The notes beneath the pieces are model-generated. The model saw only the letters and a program-made list of their open reading frames with translations, was not told where the DNA came from and searched no databases. A DNA stretch of 64,000 nucleotides. It comes from Okamejei kenojei (taxonomy: Eukaryota). The translations under genes and the position numbers were made by a program. The DNA lies in assembly GCA_035221665.1 (NCBI GenBank), contig CM069133.1, forward strand, positions 138,074,001 through 138,138,000. The letters are read 5' to 3'. This document shows positions 11,591 to 24,200 of the stretch, one piece after another (the first letter of the stretch is position 1; each line of letters opens with the position of its first letter).

Positions 11591-12599
11591 CAGATTGGGA
11601 ACTTTCAATTCCCAAATAAATATATTACATTTGGTTAATGGTTGATCTTAATCGTGACAGAAACTGAATGGTAGATCAATTAGGAATCTCACCTAATTTG
11701 CAATAGTCACCTTAATCAGCCCATTTGAGAAGGCAGCAAGAAAATTAGTCTAAAGCCAGCTCGTTCCATTTATTCAGATGCACTTTAAAGACAAATAATA
11801 TCAACAGTTTTTGCTCCATGACCTGAAAAGTGGCAATGACTTGTTTCATGAGCCTAATCTTGCATGTAGGTAGTTCAGAGCAGGGAGAAATCTCTTTATT
11901 TTAATTGTTCCTTGCGGCTAGAGGAAACAGAATCTTAAACTTCCCATTCCTCTAATAATCAGGGCAACAGATAAGGGGCTAGGGTTTGGCATATTGTTTA
12001 TAGAGCAAATATTTATAACAATGGCAAAATTTGTGTTTAATGGTAGGGCAAACCACCAGAGTAAGAAACAAGCTCATTTTGTATCCAACATTATTTTCTT
12101 TTCCATGTGGAAAATTAAATTGGCCAGAGACACTCTTACTCGTTTTGCACCATTGCCTAAGACAAACTTAACCTTCAACGACCCTGTCAATATTTATTAA
12201 AATAGATGTTATTCATTTAATATGCACATAGCAAAAACATTATTATGGCGAGTGAGGTGAACCGGCTGGTTCTGCATATAATACCTTCATTAATAATAAT
12301 ACACATATGCTGACATTATTTGAACAGGATAATTGACTGCAAAGCTGGTTATTACAACCCTAATGTTAAATGTTAAAACTGTGATTTATTACTTCCTCTC
12401 ATTATAACATTCATTGAATGGAGCTGAGTGTAATTGTGAGCATGCACATTATGGACATAAAATAAGATTGGTTAATAAGTTCACTTTTAGATTTCAGAAA
12501 TAATCACAGCAATGACACTGCATATCTGATGATGTATGAGTCAGTAAAGGCATGCGCTGTAAAGTGGAACATTGACTACATAGTTCTTGCATATCCTCA

Positions 12600-12815
12600 C
12601 TTTACTTGCTCTTTCAATGCCAGTGTCAACATCCTCGACCAAGGCGTTGGGGTCTGGAATCTTCTCTCTAAACGTATCTGCCTCTCTACATAACCTCCTT
12701 ACTTTATGACAGTTCAGAACGTTTCATCACCTACGCTAATATCATCCTAATATTGTTCAGTGTTAACCTTTCTTTCATAATTGGGGCATTTTGATGTACC
12801 AAAGGCACTATCGTC
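12600..12815 (+). mobile_element. Old L2-type 3' end remnant
   Basis: TCTGGAATCTTCTCTCTAAAC..TCTGCCTCTCTAC...AAAGGCACTAT; resembles 53390-53660. Confidence 0.45.
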
Positions 12816-12884
12816 AGCATTGTGCTCAGAATGTATACAAGCCTTGAGAACCATGATTTGCTCCCTCTCCCAAAAAAAAAAGTG

Positions 12885-13180
12885 TGGTACAGTGGCACAG
12901 TGGTAGAGCTGCTGCCTTACAGTGCCAGAGACCTGGGTTCAATCCTGACTACGGGTGCTTGTCTGCACTGAGTTTGTATGTTCTCCCCGTGACTTGCGTG
13001 CATTTTCTCTGAGATCTTCGGTTTTCTCCCACACTCCAAAGATGTACAGGTAAAATAGCTTGGTGTAAATGTAAAATTGTTCCTAGTGTGTTTAGGATAG
13101 TGTTAATGTGTAGGGATCGCTGGTGGGTGCGGACTCGGTGGGCCGAAGGGCCTGTTTCTGCGCTGAATCTCTAAACTGAA
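12885..13180 (+). mobile_element. Full-length tRNA-derived HE1-like SINE
   Basis: A-box-like TGGCACAGTGG, B-box GGTTCAATCC, CR1-like 3' end GGGCCGAAGGGCCTGTTTCTG. Confidence 0.85.
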
Positions 13181-13534
13181 CATCAAATTCAATGGTTTCT
13201 AATAGACATCTAATCTAGTGTTTATCTCCTAGTTACTGAATATTTTCCTTATTCTGGTTTTGATAGATTTATTTTGTCTCCTACTTTTGTTCCGCCAAAC
13301 ATACAGTATCTTCACCACTTTCTCTGAGATGGCACCATGGTTTGGATAGTTGATTCTGAAGCGCTCCTGACAGGCCTTTTAACAGCTAAATATCTCTGAT
13401 AATCACATAATTGAAATCAGTTGAAATGGGCTTAAATAATCTAAAAAAAACCCATATATTTAATTAAAGACACATTGATAAGAACCAGGTGACACTCTTG
13501 CTTCAATGCAAAGTTCGATCTTCCGCGCTTTCAC

Positions 13535-13690
13535 CCTTGATAAGTAAGGGTGTCAGGGGTTCGGGGAGAAGGCTGGAGAATGGGGTTGAGATGGAACGAT
13601 AGACCAGCCATGATTGAATGGTGGAGGATACTTGATGGGCCAAATGGCCTAATTCAGCTCCTATAACTTATGAATGTATGAACTATGTAT
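13535..13690 (+). mobile_element. CR1 3' end fragment
   Basis: GGGGAGAAGGCTGGAGAATGGGGTTGAG...GGGCCAAATGGCCTAATTC, (TATGAA)-like tail. Confidence 0.75.
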
Positions 13691-14244
13691 GTGAGTTATC
13701 CTGACAACACTTCTGACAACGTATTTGGATTTTATTATATACTTTGGCCCTGTGTTTATTCTGAATTCTGCCTAGAGTCAAGGGCAGTTACTTTCACCTT
13801 GCTTCATGAATTCAGTTATTTGGCACACATCTAGGGTCTCTTTATGAGCTGTATATATCTTAAATCCTCCGTGCAGTTGAGCAGTTTTATAACTGTGCTG
13901 ACACAGCTCGGTTTGAAGTGAATCTGATTCTGGAACATAGATCTTCGAAACACATCTGGGATGTTGATTGGTCACATAGTCTTTGTCCAGTGCTCTGCGT
14001 CATCACTTGATATCACAAGATATTTCTTGAATGAAACTGGTTGGAGAATAGCTTCTGTAACTTTGGGGATCACAGGAGAACGCAGAGATAAATTGCCTAT
14101 TCTGCCTTTCTATCTGAACATGGTTATGAGCTGTATTTAACCTCTGATATAATATGCCTATATCTGGAACTCTAATCCATGGGTATATTATCTCCAATTT
14201 ACCTACTCCACTCTTTTCCTGGGTGGTCTTGCACTTTCTGTCAA

Positions 14245-14535
14245 ACTTAGAATAAAGGGGAGGTCATTTAAGACTGAGGTGAGAAAAAACTTTTTTTACC
14301 CAGAGAGTTGTGAATTTATGGAATTCCCTGCCACAGAAGGCAGTGGAGGCCAAATCACTGGATGGATTTAAGAGAGAGTTGGATAGAGCTCTAGGGGCTA
14401 GTGGAGTCAAGGGATATGGGGAGAAGGCAGGCACGGGTTATTGATAGCGGACGATCAGCCATGATCACAATGAATGGCGGTGCTGGCTCGAAGGGCCGAA
14501 TGGCCTCCTCCTGCACCTATTTTCTATGTTTCTAA
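14245..14535 (+). mobile_element. CR1 3' end fragment
   Basis: ORF2 end (RVVNLWNSLP) plus 3' UTR GGCTCGAAGGGCCGAATGGCC and TTCTATG tail. Confidence 0.88.
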
Positions 14536-14571
14536 ACTACTATTATTCGGAAGCTGCTCTGCCTGCGTCCA

Positions 14572-14730
14572 GAAAGATAGCCACAAAATGCTGGAGGAAT
14601 TCAGCGGGACAGGGAGCATCTCTGGATAGAAGGAATGGGTGACATTTTGAGTTGAGACCCTTTTTCAGACTGAGACCCTTTTTCAGACTGAGGGGAGTGG
14701 GAGACACAAAGATAAGGAAGGGGAAGGTGT
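14572..14730 (-). mobile_element. PLE terminal fragment with ~19-bp internal duplication
   Basis: TGAGACCCTTTTTCAGACTG twice; reverse complement of the PLE terminus. Confidence 0.7.
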
Positions 14731-14939
14731 CAAAACTGCCTGTATCTAGATTGGGACTAAGTCCCATTTATCTATCATCATTGTACTCACTGACCTAAAA
14801 GATACAGACAAGATAAAATATTGTACAGTAGTTGACAATATGTGCTGTGGACAAGGTTGTGACAAGGTTGTGTTAAATACGGAAACACACTTATAGTACC
14901 AAGTGTGTTGAGATGGCAGTTTATAAGAATTTTATGCCA

Positions 14940-15900
14940 AGTAGTCTGGTGTTATGAGTACAAAAGTAATTGCCAGAAGATTTGTTATTGGCTCGAGTTA
15001 GATGAAGATTTTGAAGATACAGCAAACAGTTAGGAATGCAAAAAATATGTTAGGTATCGCAAGAGGAATTGAAATCAAGAGCTGACATACTCCAATTATA
15101 GAGGCCAGGATGAGCCCACACCAGGGAAAGCTAATGCATTTACCCTACTTAGAATTCCAGAAGAGTGATGAAAAAATATTACTGCACAGGTTATTGTTAA
15201 AAATAAAAGCTTGTGTAGGAGGTACCACAATAGATGGATGGAAGATTTGATTAGTACGGGTGGCAGGGGTTAAGGGGGGAAGGCATGAGAATGGGGTTAG
15301 TAGGGAGAGATAGATCAGCCATAGTGGAATGGCAGAGCAGACAAGATGGGCCGAATGGCCTAATTCTGCTGCTATCACTTATTACCTTATGAGATTGGTT
15401 GGCTAACAGAGAACAGGCATGAATGGATCATCCTTTGGTTGGCTGGCGTGTAATGTGCCACAGTAATCGGTGCTGGGGTCTCAGTTTCCCACATTTATAC
15501 CAGAATACTCGGTTACTAAATGTGACGTGACACCAAGATAGGTAGAAAAATTAATCTGTGAAGAAAATAAAATTAAGTGTGTCAAAAGGTAATAGGTAGG
15601 TTGAGTGAGTGGGCAACAAAAGCAGGAAAAATAAAGAAAGCATCTTCTCTAAATGGTGGGAATTTGCTGCAAAGGGATCTATGGTAACAAGTGCATCAAT
15701 TTCAAAGGACCAGTATGTAAGTGATGAAAATAGTTAAGAAGGTCAGCAGAAACTCATATTTTACTACAAAGAGAATTTAATCTAAAAGCAGAGTGGTCGC
15801 GCTTCAGAGAAACCACTTCTGAACAGAATTACACTTCTATGCACAGTATTGGTCTCCATACATTGGAAGCAGTTCAGAGAAAGTTTGGTGGACTGATCTA
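14940..15900 (+). mobile_element. Degraded old CR1 RT fragments, with a CR1 3' end at ~15240-15392
   Basis: GGAGGTACCACAATAGATGGAT, GTGCCACAG..CGGTGCTGGGGTC (QGSVLGP-like), GACACCAAGATAGGT (DTK). Confidence 0.6.
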
Positions 15901-15909
15901 ACAATAACA

Positions 15910-16215
15910 CAGAGGGAGGCCATTCAGTCCATTGGGCTTATATTAGCTCCCAGGGGAGTAATCTCCAGAGTACCATTATCCCCCTGCTTGGTTCCCAGCA
16001 CCCCTGCAACCTATTCTTTCTCACAAATGCCCATTGAATCCCTTTTGATTCTTTTATTGTCATTAACCAATGCAAAGGGGGTAAATTAACCTTCCTGTAC
16101 ATCTTGGGAGGAAGCAGGAAAAACACGTGGCCCCAGAGAGAACACACAACCTTCACCACTCGAGGTCAGGATCAAAGCTGTTCCCTGGAGCTACGAGGTA
16201 GCAGTACCGTCTGCT
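15910..16215 (-). mobile_element. Old tRNA-derived SINE
   Basis: GAGGTCAGGATCAAA...GAGGTAGCAGTACC, reverse complement of a SINE head; similar to 23995-24200. Confidence 0.5.
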
Positions 16216-17391
16216 GTTATCAAGCATGATCTTATTGGGGAGTGGGGTAGGTTTGCTGGGCTGTGACCTACTGCTGATTCTAATTCATATAGCCGTGCGT
16301 TTGCTCCAACTGCTGATTTCTGAAGCAAGGATTACATCTTGCAAACAGAATGCGTTAGTAGTTCTCAGATAGGAGCTAGGGATAGAATAAAGGGATTTTG
16401 ACAAGATCATATAAACTTTGAGAATGAATCAGTTTTTCATTGAATCCACAAGTCTGTGTTACTGTTCTGTGAAGTGCAATCATTGCTTTCTACTTACGAA
16501 GTGCATTTATTCTTCATCTTAGTGCGAATTGTTAGATTTAGTGACAGTTACAATCGCATCACGTGGCGAAAAATGACACTACCATGGACATTTTAGTGTT
16601 GAGCTTTCCTGTGAAGAAAGAAAAAATAGGTTTTATATTAGTTCTGAAGCTGGAGAGTTTTTGTTTTAATCTGAATTATGTGACAGGATAGCATCATTCT
16701 ACTGACAAATAATGTATAATACATGCCCTTCAGTGGGGTTTATATAACCTTGTGACTTGGGAAGGATGGATAACATTATTACATTTCATTCTCATGAATA
16801 TGAAGTATTGCAATGACAGTAAAAATGGTAACAGTATTAAATGATATTTTAATAAGCCATGTATTTAATACTGTTGTGAGGAATATTAATAGCTGCTCCC
16901 ATTTATAAAAAGAAAACTACTTTGCTGTTTATATCGATTACGTACTATATTTTAATTAATTACAGCCCCTGTGTTCTTCTAGTTCAGGTCAACGATTAAA
17001 GACTTCCTGAACATAATTATCCACGATGACTTCCCCTGGGCACCTTTAGGTTCATCCATGGACAGAGTTGTTCATGTAATATTTCTTGTATCCAGTTACC
17101 ATTAGCTTTCTGCAGCAGGGGCCTTGTGTGAGGTTAATGAATCAAAACTCATTGGATGTCTTGCAACACCCGACCGGGATTTATAAAATAAATTGGTTGC
17201 AATTTTTATGACTTCTGATGTGGACTGTGTGTTTTGTTGTTTTCTAACATTATGTTTGACGGTGGGAATGGTTTGTATTGGATGCAGTCTCGTTGAAAAT
17301 AGTGGGGACATGAGCAACTGCAGATGCTGGAACGCAAAGTGCTGGAGTAACTCAACAGGTCAGGCAGCATCTCTGGAGGATATGGATAGGT

Positions 17392-18160
17392 GACGACACC
17401 ACGGTGGTAGGTCTGATCAGCGATAACGATGAGTCAGCCTACAGGGAGGAGGTCCAGCACCTGACAACCTGGTGTGCCGATAATAACCTCGTCCTCAACT
17501 CCCAGAAGACGAAGGAAATAATTGTCGACTTCAGGAAGAACAGAGGGGGCAGACACACCCCCATCCATATAAACGGGACTGAGGTGGAGAGGGTCTCCAA
17601 CTACAAATTCCTCGGGGTACACATCTCGGAGGATCTGTCCTGGTCCCTCAACACCTCCAAGCTGATCAAAAAGGCGCAGCAGCGCCTTTACTTCCTGAGG
17701 AGGCTCAAAAAGGCCCACTTGTCCCCCCCGATCCTGACCAACTTCTACCGATGCACCATTGAAAGCATCCTGACCACCTGCTTTACGGTATGGTACAGCA
17801 GTTGCACCGTAGCAGACAGGAAGGCACTACAACGGGTGGTGAAACTCAATGGATGCCCTCCACCGAAAACGGTGCCTGAGTCGGGCCGGGAAGATCATCA
17901 AGGACCCCTCCCACCCTAACCATGGACTGTTTGCCCTCCTACCATCGGGGAGGCGGTACAGGAGCCTCAGGTCCCGCACCAGCAGGATGAGGCGTAGCTT
18001 CTACAATAACACCATCGCACTGCTGAACTCGGAGTCCCGCCGATAGATTTCCACATCTGTATTTATTTATCTGTACTTATCTGTATATTGCTATCACTTC
18101 GTGCTGTCACAAAACTGCATTTCGTTGTACCAATACTTGTATATGTACAATGACATTAAA
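17392..18160 (+). mobile_element. Rex1-clade LINE 3' fragment inserted in a minus-strand PLE terminus (17305-17397 and 18161-18183)
   Basis: [50 protein letters not shown]; the flanks rejoin as GGTGACG...GCTTTCTTCAGAC. Confidence 0.88.
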
Positions 18161-18670
18161 ACGGGTGGGGCTTTCTTCAGACCTCCCCATGTCCTCCAAT
18201 AAGTTTGTGTTCACAATTCTTCATAATTGTAGTTAACACAGTGTTCAAAGACAGCTCTGAAATAACCAGATATTGTATTCTCTGATTTTGATTGCACTTC
18301 TCGATCAATATCTCCTGGCTCAATCTCTCTCATTCACCTTTCAACACACGTCACATTTAATCTAATCTTTGATTGGCTGCTCTTGTGCGCATGATCCACC
18401 TATGACCGAGCGCGGAGTGCAGGCAGGTGACATTGATCCATGTGCATTGCCCAATTTCCTGTGAAATTAACTCCTGCAAATGTAATTAACACTCAGTCTG
18501 AAGTTAACAGTAGGGCCATGCATTGCATCTGCACCATTTAAAGAGATTATTAATTATTTGCAGGTTTGTTGGAAAGTCATTTGGAGATGAGGTTGCTTCA
18601 TTGCAGGGGCCAGGAACCTGTAGTTACATGAGTGTGCATGATAACTGAGCTAATTTTACTCATTTTCTAA

Positions 18671-19232
18671 TTTAGAAGATTGAGGGAGGATCTTATAGAG
18701 ACTTACAAAATTCTTAAGGGGTTGGACAGGCTAGATGCAGGAAGATTGTTCCCGATGTTGGGGAAGTCCAGAACAAGGGGTCACAGTTTAAGGATAAGGG
18801 GGAAGTCTTTTAGGACCGAGATGAGAAAAACATTTTTCACACAGAGAGTGGTGAATCTGTGGAATTCTCTGCCACAGGAGGTAGTTGAGGCCAGTTCATT
18901 GGCTATATTTAAGAGGGAGTTAGATGTGGCCCTTGTGGCTAAGGGGATCAGAGGGTATGGAGAGAAGGCTGGTACAGGATATTGAGTTGGATGATCAGCC
19001 ATGATCATGTTGAATTAGAAACATAGAAACATAGAAATTAGGTGCAGGAGTAGGCCATTCAGCCCTTCGAGCCTGCACCGCCATTCAATATGATCATGGC
19101 TGATCATCCAACTCAGTATCCCGTACCTGCCTTCTCTCCATACCCTCTGATCCCCTTAGCCACAAGGGCCACAATTGCGGTGCAGGCTCGAAGGGCCGAA
19201 TGGCCTGCTCCTGCACCTAATTTCTATGTTTC
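18671..19232 (+). mobile_element. Young CR1 3' end containing an inverted same-family 3' fragment (19016-19173)
   Basis: ORF 18680-18985 (DLIETYKIL...RTRGHSL...RVVNLWNSLP); the inverted piece starts with the (TAGAAACA)n tail. Confidence 0.9.
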
Positions 19233-19329
19233 TTCTCCTTTGCTGCTAAAAATGAACAATTCCCTTTTCATTCCCTGGGCCTTCGGCACAGGAAATAGAA
19301 AATCTAAAATATGCCCATTTTGAAGCTCT

Positions 19330-20127
19330 CTCTCCGATGGAGGGGAGTAGAAAGATAGAGGGAGGTGGTGAGTGGTAGAGAGGAAGAGGGCAGAGAGCGA
19401 AGGGTAGAGACTCCGTCCTCCTCATTTCCCTCATCCTCCTCACATTCCCTACCCCAGAACCTACCCAGGTCGTAGAGCAGTGCCAGGGCCTGGAACACGG
19501 CCTGGTTCTTGTACTCGACCCGTCCCTGGCTGTAGACCCAGGCTCGTCCTTGGTTCCTGTGGCAGCCTCCAGCCATCAGCTCGGCCTCCGCCTGGGCTCC
19601 AGTCAAGGCCCAGGCTCATCCATGGTTCCAGTGGCACCACCCTTGCCACCATGTGTTTGTTGGGTGTCGGGCGGTCTTGGCCCCATCCCAAGCCCCAGTC
19701 TCGGCTCTCACCCCAGCTCGAGCACCAGGCTCGGCTCCAGCCAGGGCCCGTGGCTCCACCCTCGCCACCGGATGTTGGGCGTCAGGCACCGGCAGCTGTC
19801 TCACGAGTGCTGGATCGCCCCCCTCCCTCCCAGAGTATCCCGTCCTGCCTTGCGAGTCCATTGTGATGTCAGTCGGGTTTTTTTTCCCCGAAATGGGTGA
19901 GTTTTCGGGCTGTTTTTAAAACTTCAAAGGATTAAAAAGTTTGGAAATATAGGCAATGGGAAGTCATTTATCACCTTAAGGGGGGAAATATGAGTAGAAT
20001 GTGTGAAAATGTGAAGGCTGGGGTCTAGCGTTTGGAAGGAAATGAAAATCAAGCAGATTGTGCCCAGATGACACACACACACACATATACATACACACAA
20101 ACAAGATGAGAGTTTTAGTTATATAGA
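19330..20127 (-). mobile_element. Possible non-autonomous Helitron-like element (5' end at 20127; 3' end not found)
   Basis: Minus strand begins A|TCTATATAACTAAAACTCTCATCTTG, followed by (GT)n, then a GC-rich low-complexity body; left boundary approximate. Confidence 0.35.
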
Positions 20128-20137
20128 TATATATTTG

Positions 20138-20138
<1 letters not shown>

Positions 20139-20189
<51 letters not shown>
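20139..20189. repeat. (TA)n microsatellite
   Basis: Pure TA run of ~50 bp. Confidence 0.97.
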
Positions 20190-20198
<9 letters not shown>

Positions 20199-20829
20199 AA
20201 TATAAATACATATATAAGCCCTTCTGACCCCTTTAGAATTAGAGTTAATAATCAGCTGAGATAGGAGTGATGAGGAGTATGAGTGAGAAGGCTTACTTCA
20301 CATCCCCTGAATCTTTCCTAATGCATTGGGTCTTGGCATTCGTGCTCTATTCGTCTGTCCACTTCCAGACTGAATGTTTATTTACCACTGGCTTAAAGGT
20401 GATGTCTATCTTTTTGAATATTGATTTTTTTTTTTTTGAAAGTGTCCAATAAAACTTGCTAACACTCTGGTTAACTTCCAATTACTGAAAACCACAAGAA
20501 AACTGCTGATACTGAAAATCTGCAATAAGTGAATGCTAGAAACACAGCTTCATAACAGTGTCAAGTGCTGTCTGTGGTGAGGGGAGGAAAATATAGCGTT
20601 TGATGTCAATGACCTTTCATCAGCACTCTGGGAATTTAGAAAGCATGTGTTTCAACTTGCTGCAAAGGGTGAGGGCTGGAGAGATCTAAGAGACTGTCTG
20701 CCATGTGATGGAAACCCAGAGACACTGAATGACATGAGTGGAGTTGGTGCTGGCTGAGAGAGCGGACGATGACTCGTTAATTGTGGCTGTTCAGCAAGGT
20801 GGAGATGCCAGAAAGAAATGCCTGAAACA

Positions 20830-21360
20830 GGATAGTGAAGACAGCCAGTAGGATCATTGGTGCCCTCCTCCCTTTCCTGTTGGAGATCCACCAGAAGCCC
20901 TGCATCCACAGAGCCATCTCCATCATTAAGGACCCTTACCACCCCTCCCACTGCATCTCCCCCCTCCTGCCATCTGGGAAGAGGTACAGGAGCATCAGCT
21001 GTAGAAACAGCAGGATGCTAAACAGCTTCTTCCCAAAAGCAATAGAAATGGTTAACGGATTGCGTACCCTCCCCGTACACACACACACACACACCCATAT
21101 CTAACCCCAGCTAGTTACCTGTCAAGGTGAAGCCACTGAACAGCACCTTAAATTGTTCCTATGTTAGGGATCAATTGTTCTCTCTGAATATCTGTTTTAG
21201 TTCTATTTTAGTTCTATTTTAGAGATGATAATTTTTAAGTTGTAAGTATTTATTTCTGTTTTTATTAATTGCACTGATGACAAAACTGATGAGAAACATT
21301 TTTTTGTTTCTTCTGCGTATGCAAGTACTCATTGAAATGACAATAGAGTGAATACTGATA
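20830..21360 (+). mobile_element. Rex1-clade LINE 3' fragment
   Basis: KTASRIIG..LPFLL..KDPYHPSH..LLPSGKRYRSI; same family as 50395-50712. Confidence 0.85.
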
Positions 21361-21417
21361 CTACTGAATACTGAAAATAGAGAAGCAGAAGCAAAGGAAA
21401 ATTGGAAAAAAAAAACA

Positions 21418-21960
21418 GTTGAGACACAAGAGGCTGCAGTTGTAGGAATCTTGAGCAAAACACAAAGTTCTGGGAGAACTCAACAGGTCAGGCAGCGTCT
21501 GGAGAGGGAATGGACAGACAACGTTTTTGGTCTGGACCTTTCCTCAGACTAATGCAGATATCCTATCAGATGTACAGAGCCTCAAACCACCTGCTGGATC
21601 TGACAATCATCAGGACAAACTTTGTTACTTAACACAAAATTACTTCAAGAATGCAGGAACTGGTGAACCCTGTGAAATGGTGAGGACAAAAAGTTGCTGG
21701 AATTGTGAGATACAAAACACTGCAGATGCTGGAAAACTGAAATGAAGACTGAATTCTGGAAATATTCAATAGGTCAGGCGGTGCCTGTGGAGAGGGAGAA
21801 ACAGATACATTATTTGATATCCTTTTGCAAGACTCTGATGCTAACTGGAAAAGGTTAATCAAGTGAAATTGTTGAATTCATTGTTAAATTCAGAGGGCCG
21901 GAATTGCAAGTTGATGGAAAGTTAGAAGCTGTGTGACAATATCTGCCAACAGTGTCTCTG
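21418..21960 (-). mobile_element. Two degraded PLE terminal fragments
   Basis: GGAGAACTCAACAGGTCAGGCAGCGTCTGG...CTTTCCTCAGACT, and an older TGCAGATGCTGGAAA...AGGTCAGG terminus. Confidence 0.6.
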
Positions 21961-23994
21961 ATTTCATCTATGATTGAATGGTGGAGTGGACTAGATGGGC
22001 TGAACGGCCTAACTTTGTCCCTCTGTCTAAAGCGGAGGTTGAGGCTTGCATGATAACAGAAGAACAAGAGTGAGGTATTTTACCCATCGGTTTTTTTTTT
22101 TCTGATATTCAGTGTTTTCACTGAAATGACTTTGCCTCTGTCCCTTGATGCCTTTGGTTAACAAACAATATTGTGTTTCTTCCACTGCGTGCAGTAAACA
22201 TTTCATCAGATTTTATTTGAGTAGCATTAGCTGGAAACAAATGAGGGGTGATTGGGTACCTGCTGTGAGAATGGTATCATTTCTGCAGCTGAAAATGGGC
22301 TTGTCCAATTTCCACGTCTTAATTTATACTTTAATGTGAATGTAAACTTAATGCGAATATAATGGGGAAAAAGAGGAACATGTTTCATTATTAATATTTT
22401 AAGCTTAACATATTATAACAAAAGTGGAACCATTGTCCTGTTTCTATTTTCCATGAATGCTTGTCAGCTTCCTAGGTTGTGTTATAACAATACTCTCACT
22501 GGGATGTTTTATGCTATGTGATCTCATAAGACACTAGCTGATAAATGAAGTTTCCTTCCATTGCTATTATTCATATAGATTTCTGTGCAGTTTTTATATT
22601 TCCTTTTTTGCCCTTCATAGATCAGTCTTTTTGGCATTGAATCCAATAATAAATTGATCCAGTGCTGAACAGTAGGGAGGTCATTAGATTTCGGCTTTTT
22701 CAGCTGTTTTATTCAGCATTCACCTGGTTTGGTCTTCACCAGTTTCTGCATTTTTGTTATGTAATTTTGAGTGGAGTAACAAAGTTTGTTGTAATGTGAC
22801 ATGGCCGTGACAGCAACCCTTATGATTGTCACCTTCAACAGGTATTGTGAGACACTGCACACTTGATATGGTACCTGCATTAGTCTAATTCAGATATAGA
22901 TATGCCCATATTTATTTTCATTTATTCGGCCCATCTCCTTGTCAACCGCAACCTTTATAACTCCACTGTGGAAAAAGAAATGGATACGAACGGGCATCTC
23001 GGTTTCATTTTCTGTCTGAGCAGAAAAAAAGATTTGAAAGCAGTCCATCGCACCTGCAACAAATTATAAATCATTTCCACCACTTGTCTGGAAATCAGTC
23101 TTTCCGCAGAATAAAATAAAAATACCATTTACTGGATTAAAAATTTTCCACAAGCAGAAATTTCCTATTGGGGGATCTCACAATCCAGGCTCATGTATAT
23201 CTGTGACAGTTTCTTCACTGAATCTGTTTTAATACCTGTCTGCAATAAATCCCATATAATTGTTATGGAAAGCTCCTGTAAGAGTCACGCTAGCTTCAGC
23301 CCAAGGTTTTAAAACCCTTTTTGATGAGTGAGATGAGCATTTAGTGAGCTCAGGACTTCTGTGATTAAGGGAAAATCAACGCTACTGCTGAAATTATCCC
23401 AGGCAGAGGTGCACAGTTTCTCAGACACACCAAATGTCTGCTTCATAAACCGACAGTTATTAATCTGCATATATTAGCCTGTCAGCTTTTTAAATTAAAC
23501 AAAAAATAACTTCTTCCACACAGATTAAAAGTTCGTGACACAAACTAATCAGATCATTTTAAAGAGGCAACAGCTAAATTTCAAAAACAATCAGAATATT
23601 TGAAAAGAAGAAGCACCAATTTGAGCCACAAAGTTTTTAGGATGATCTGATGTTAATCATAGTCATGGTACCCTGTGTGTTATTTAGTGATTGTTTCCAC
23701 AGAAAACAAAACCAAATCTGAAAAGTGATTTGGAATCCACACTGGTGAAGTGGAAGAGGCTTTTCTCTCTTTGCTCGAGGTAAAGGATCAGTTGAATAAA
23801 TATGTTTCTGTTTGGTCTGAACATACTTTTGTGAGTGATTCACTTGCTCCACAACACTTCCAACTTCTATAAACTTGTGAATTTTGTTGAAGAAACTTTT
23901 TAGTGTAAGCCAGCATGTTGTCTTTTGTGGAAGTTTATTATTAGGAGGCTTCAGGCGAGAAAAATAACTTGCAGATTCCACCAGTTACCTACGT

Positions 23995-24200
23995 ACTTGG
24001 GGCAGTTTGTAGCATCAAATTAACCTTCCAATCCTTTCATCTTTGGATGTAGGAGGAAACTTTTGGATGTGAGAGCACCTGGAGGACACCCATGCAGTCG
24101 CGGAGAGAATGTGTAAATTCCACACAAAACAACCTGGAGGTCAGGATTGAACCTAAGTTTCTAAAGCTGTAAGGCAGCAGCCGTTCCAGCTGTGTCAGTG
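23995..24200 (-). mobile_element. tRNA-derived SINE (older)
   Basis: GGAGGTCAGGATTGAACC (B-box complement), GAGAATGTGTAAATTCCACAC. Confidence 0.65.

Noticed and set aside
10732-11619. 295-aa ORF as a novel protein
   Set aside because: Chimera of an antisense PLE terminus and frameshifted PLE RT.
12885-12960. tRNA genes at SINE heads
   Set aside because: A/B boxes are followed by the SINE body and LINE-like tail; no complete cloverleaf.
13778-14197. Two short minus-strand ORFs vaguely like a Gypsy integrase region
   Set aside because: No convincing HHCC or DDE motif and no LTRs; left unexplained.
19461-19919. Overlapping Pro/Gly-rich ORFs on both strands
   Set aside because: A consequence of GC-rich low-complexity repeat sequence; the same applies to 37245-37791 and 55984-56382.
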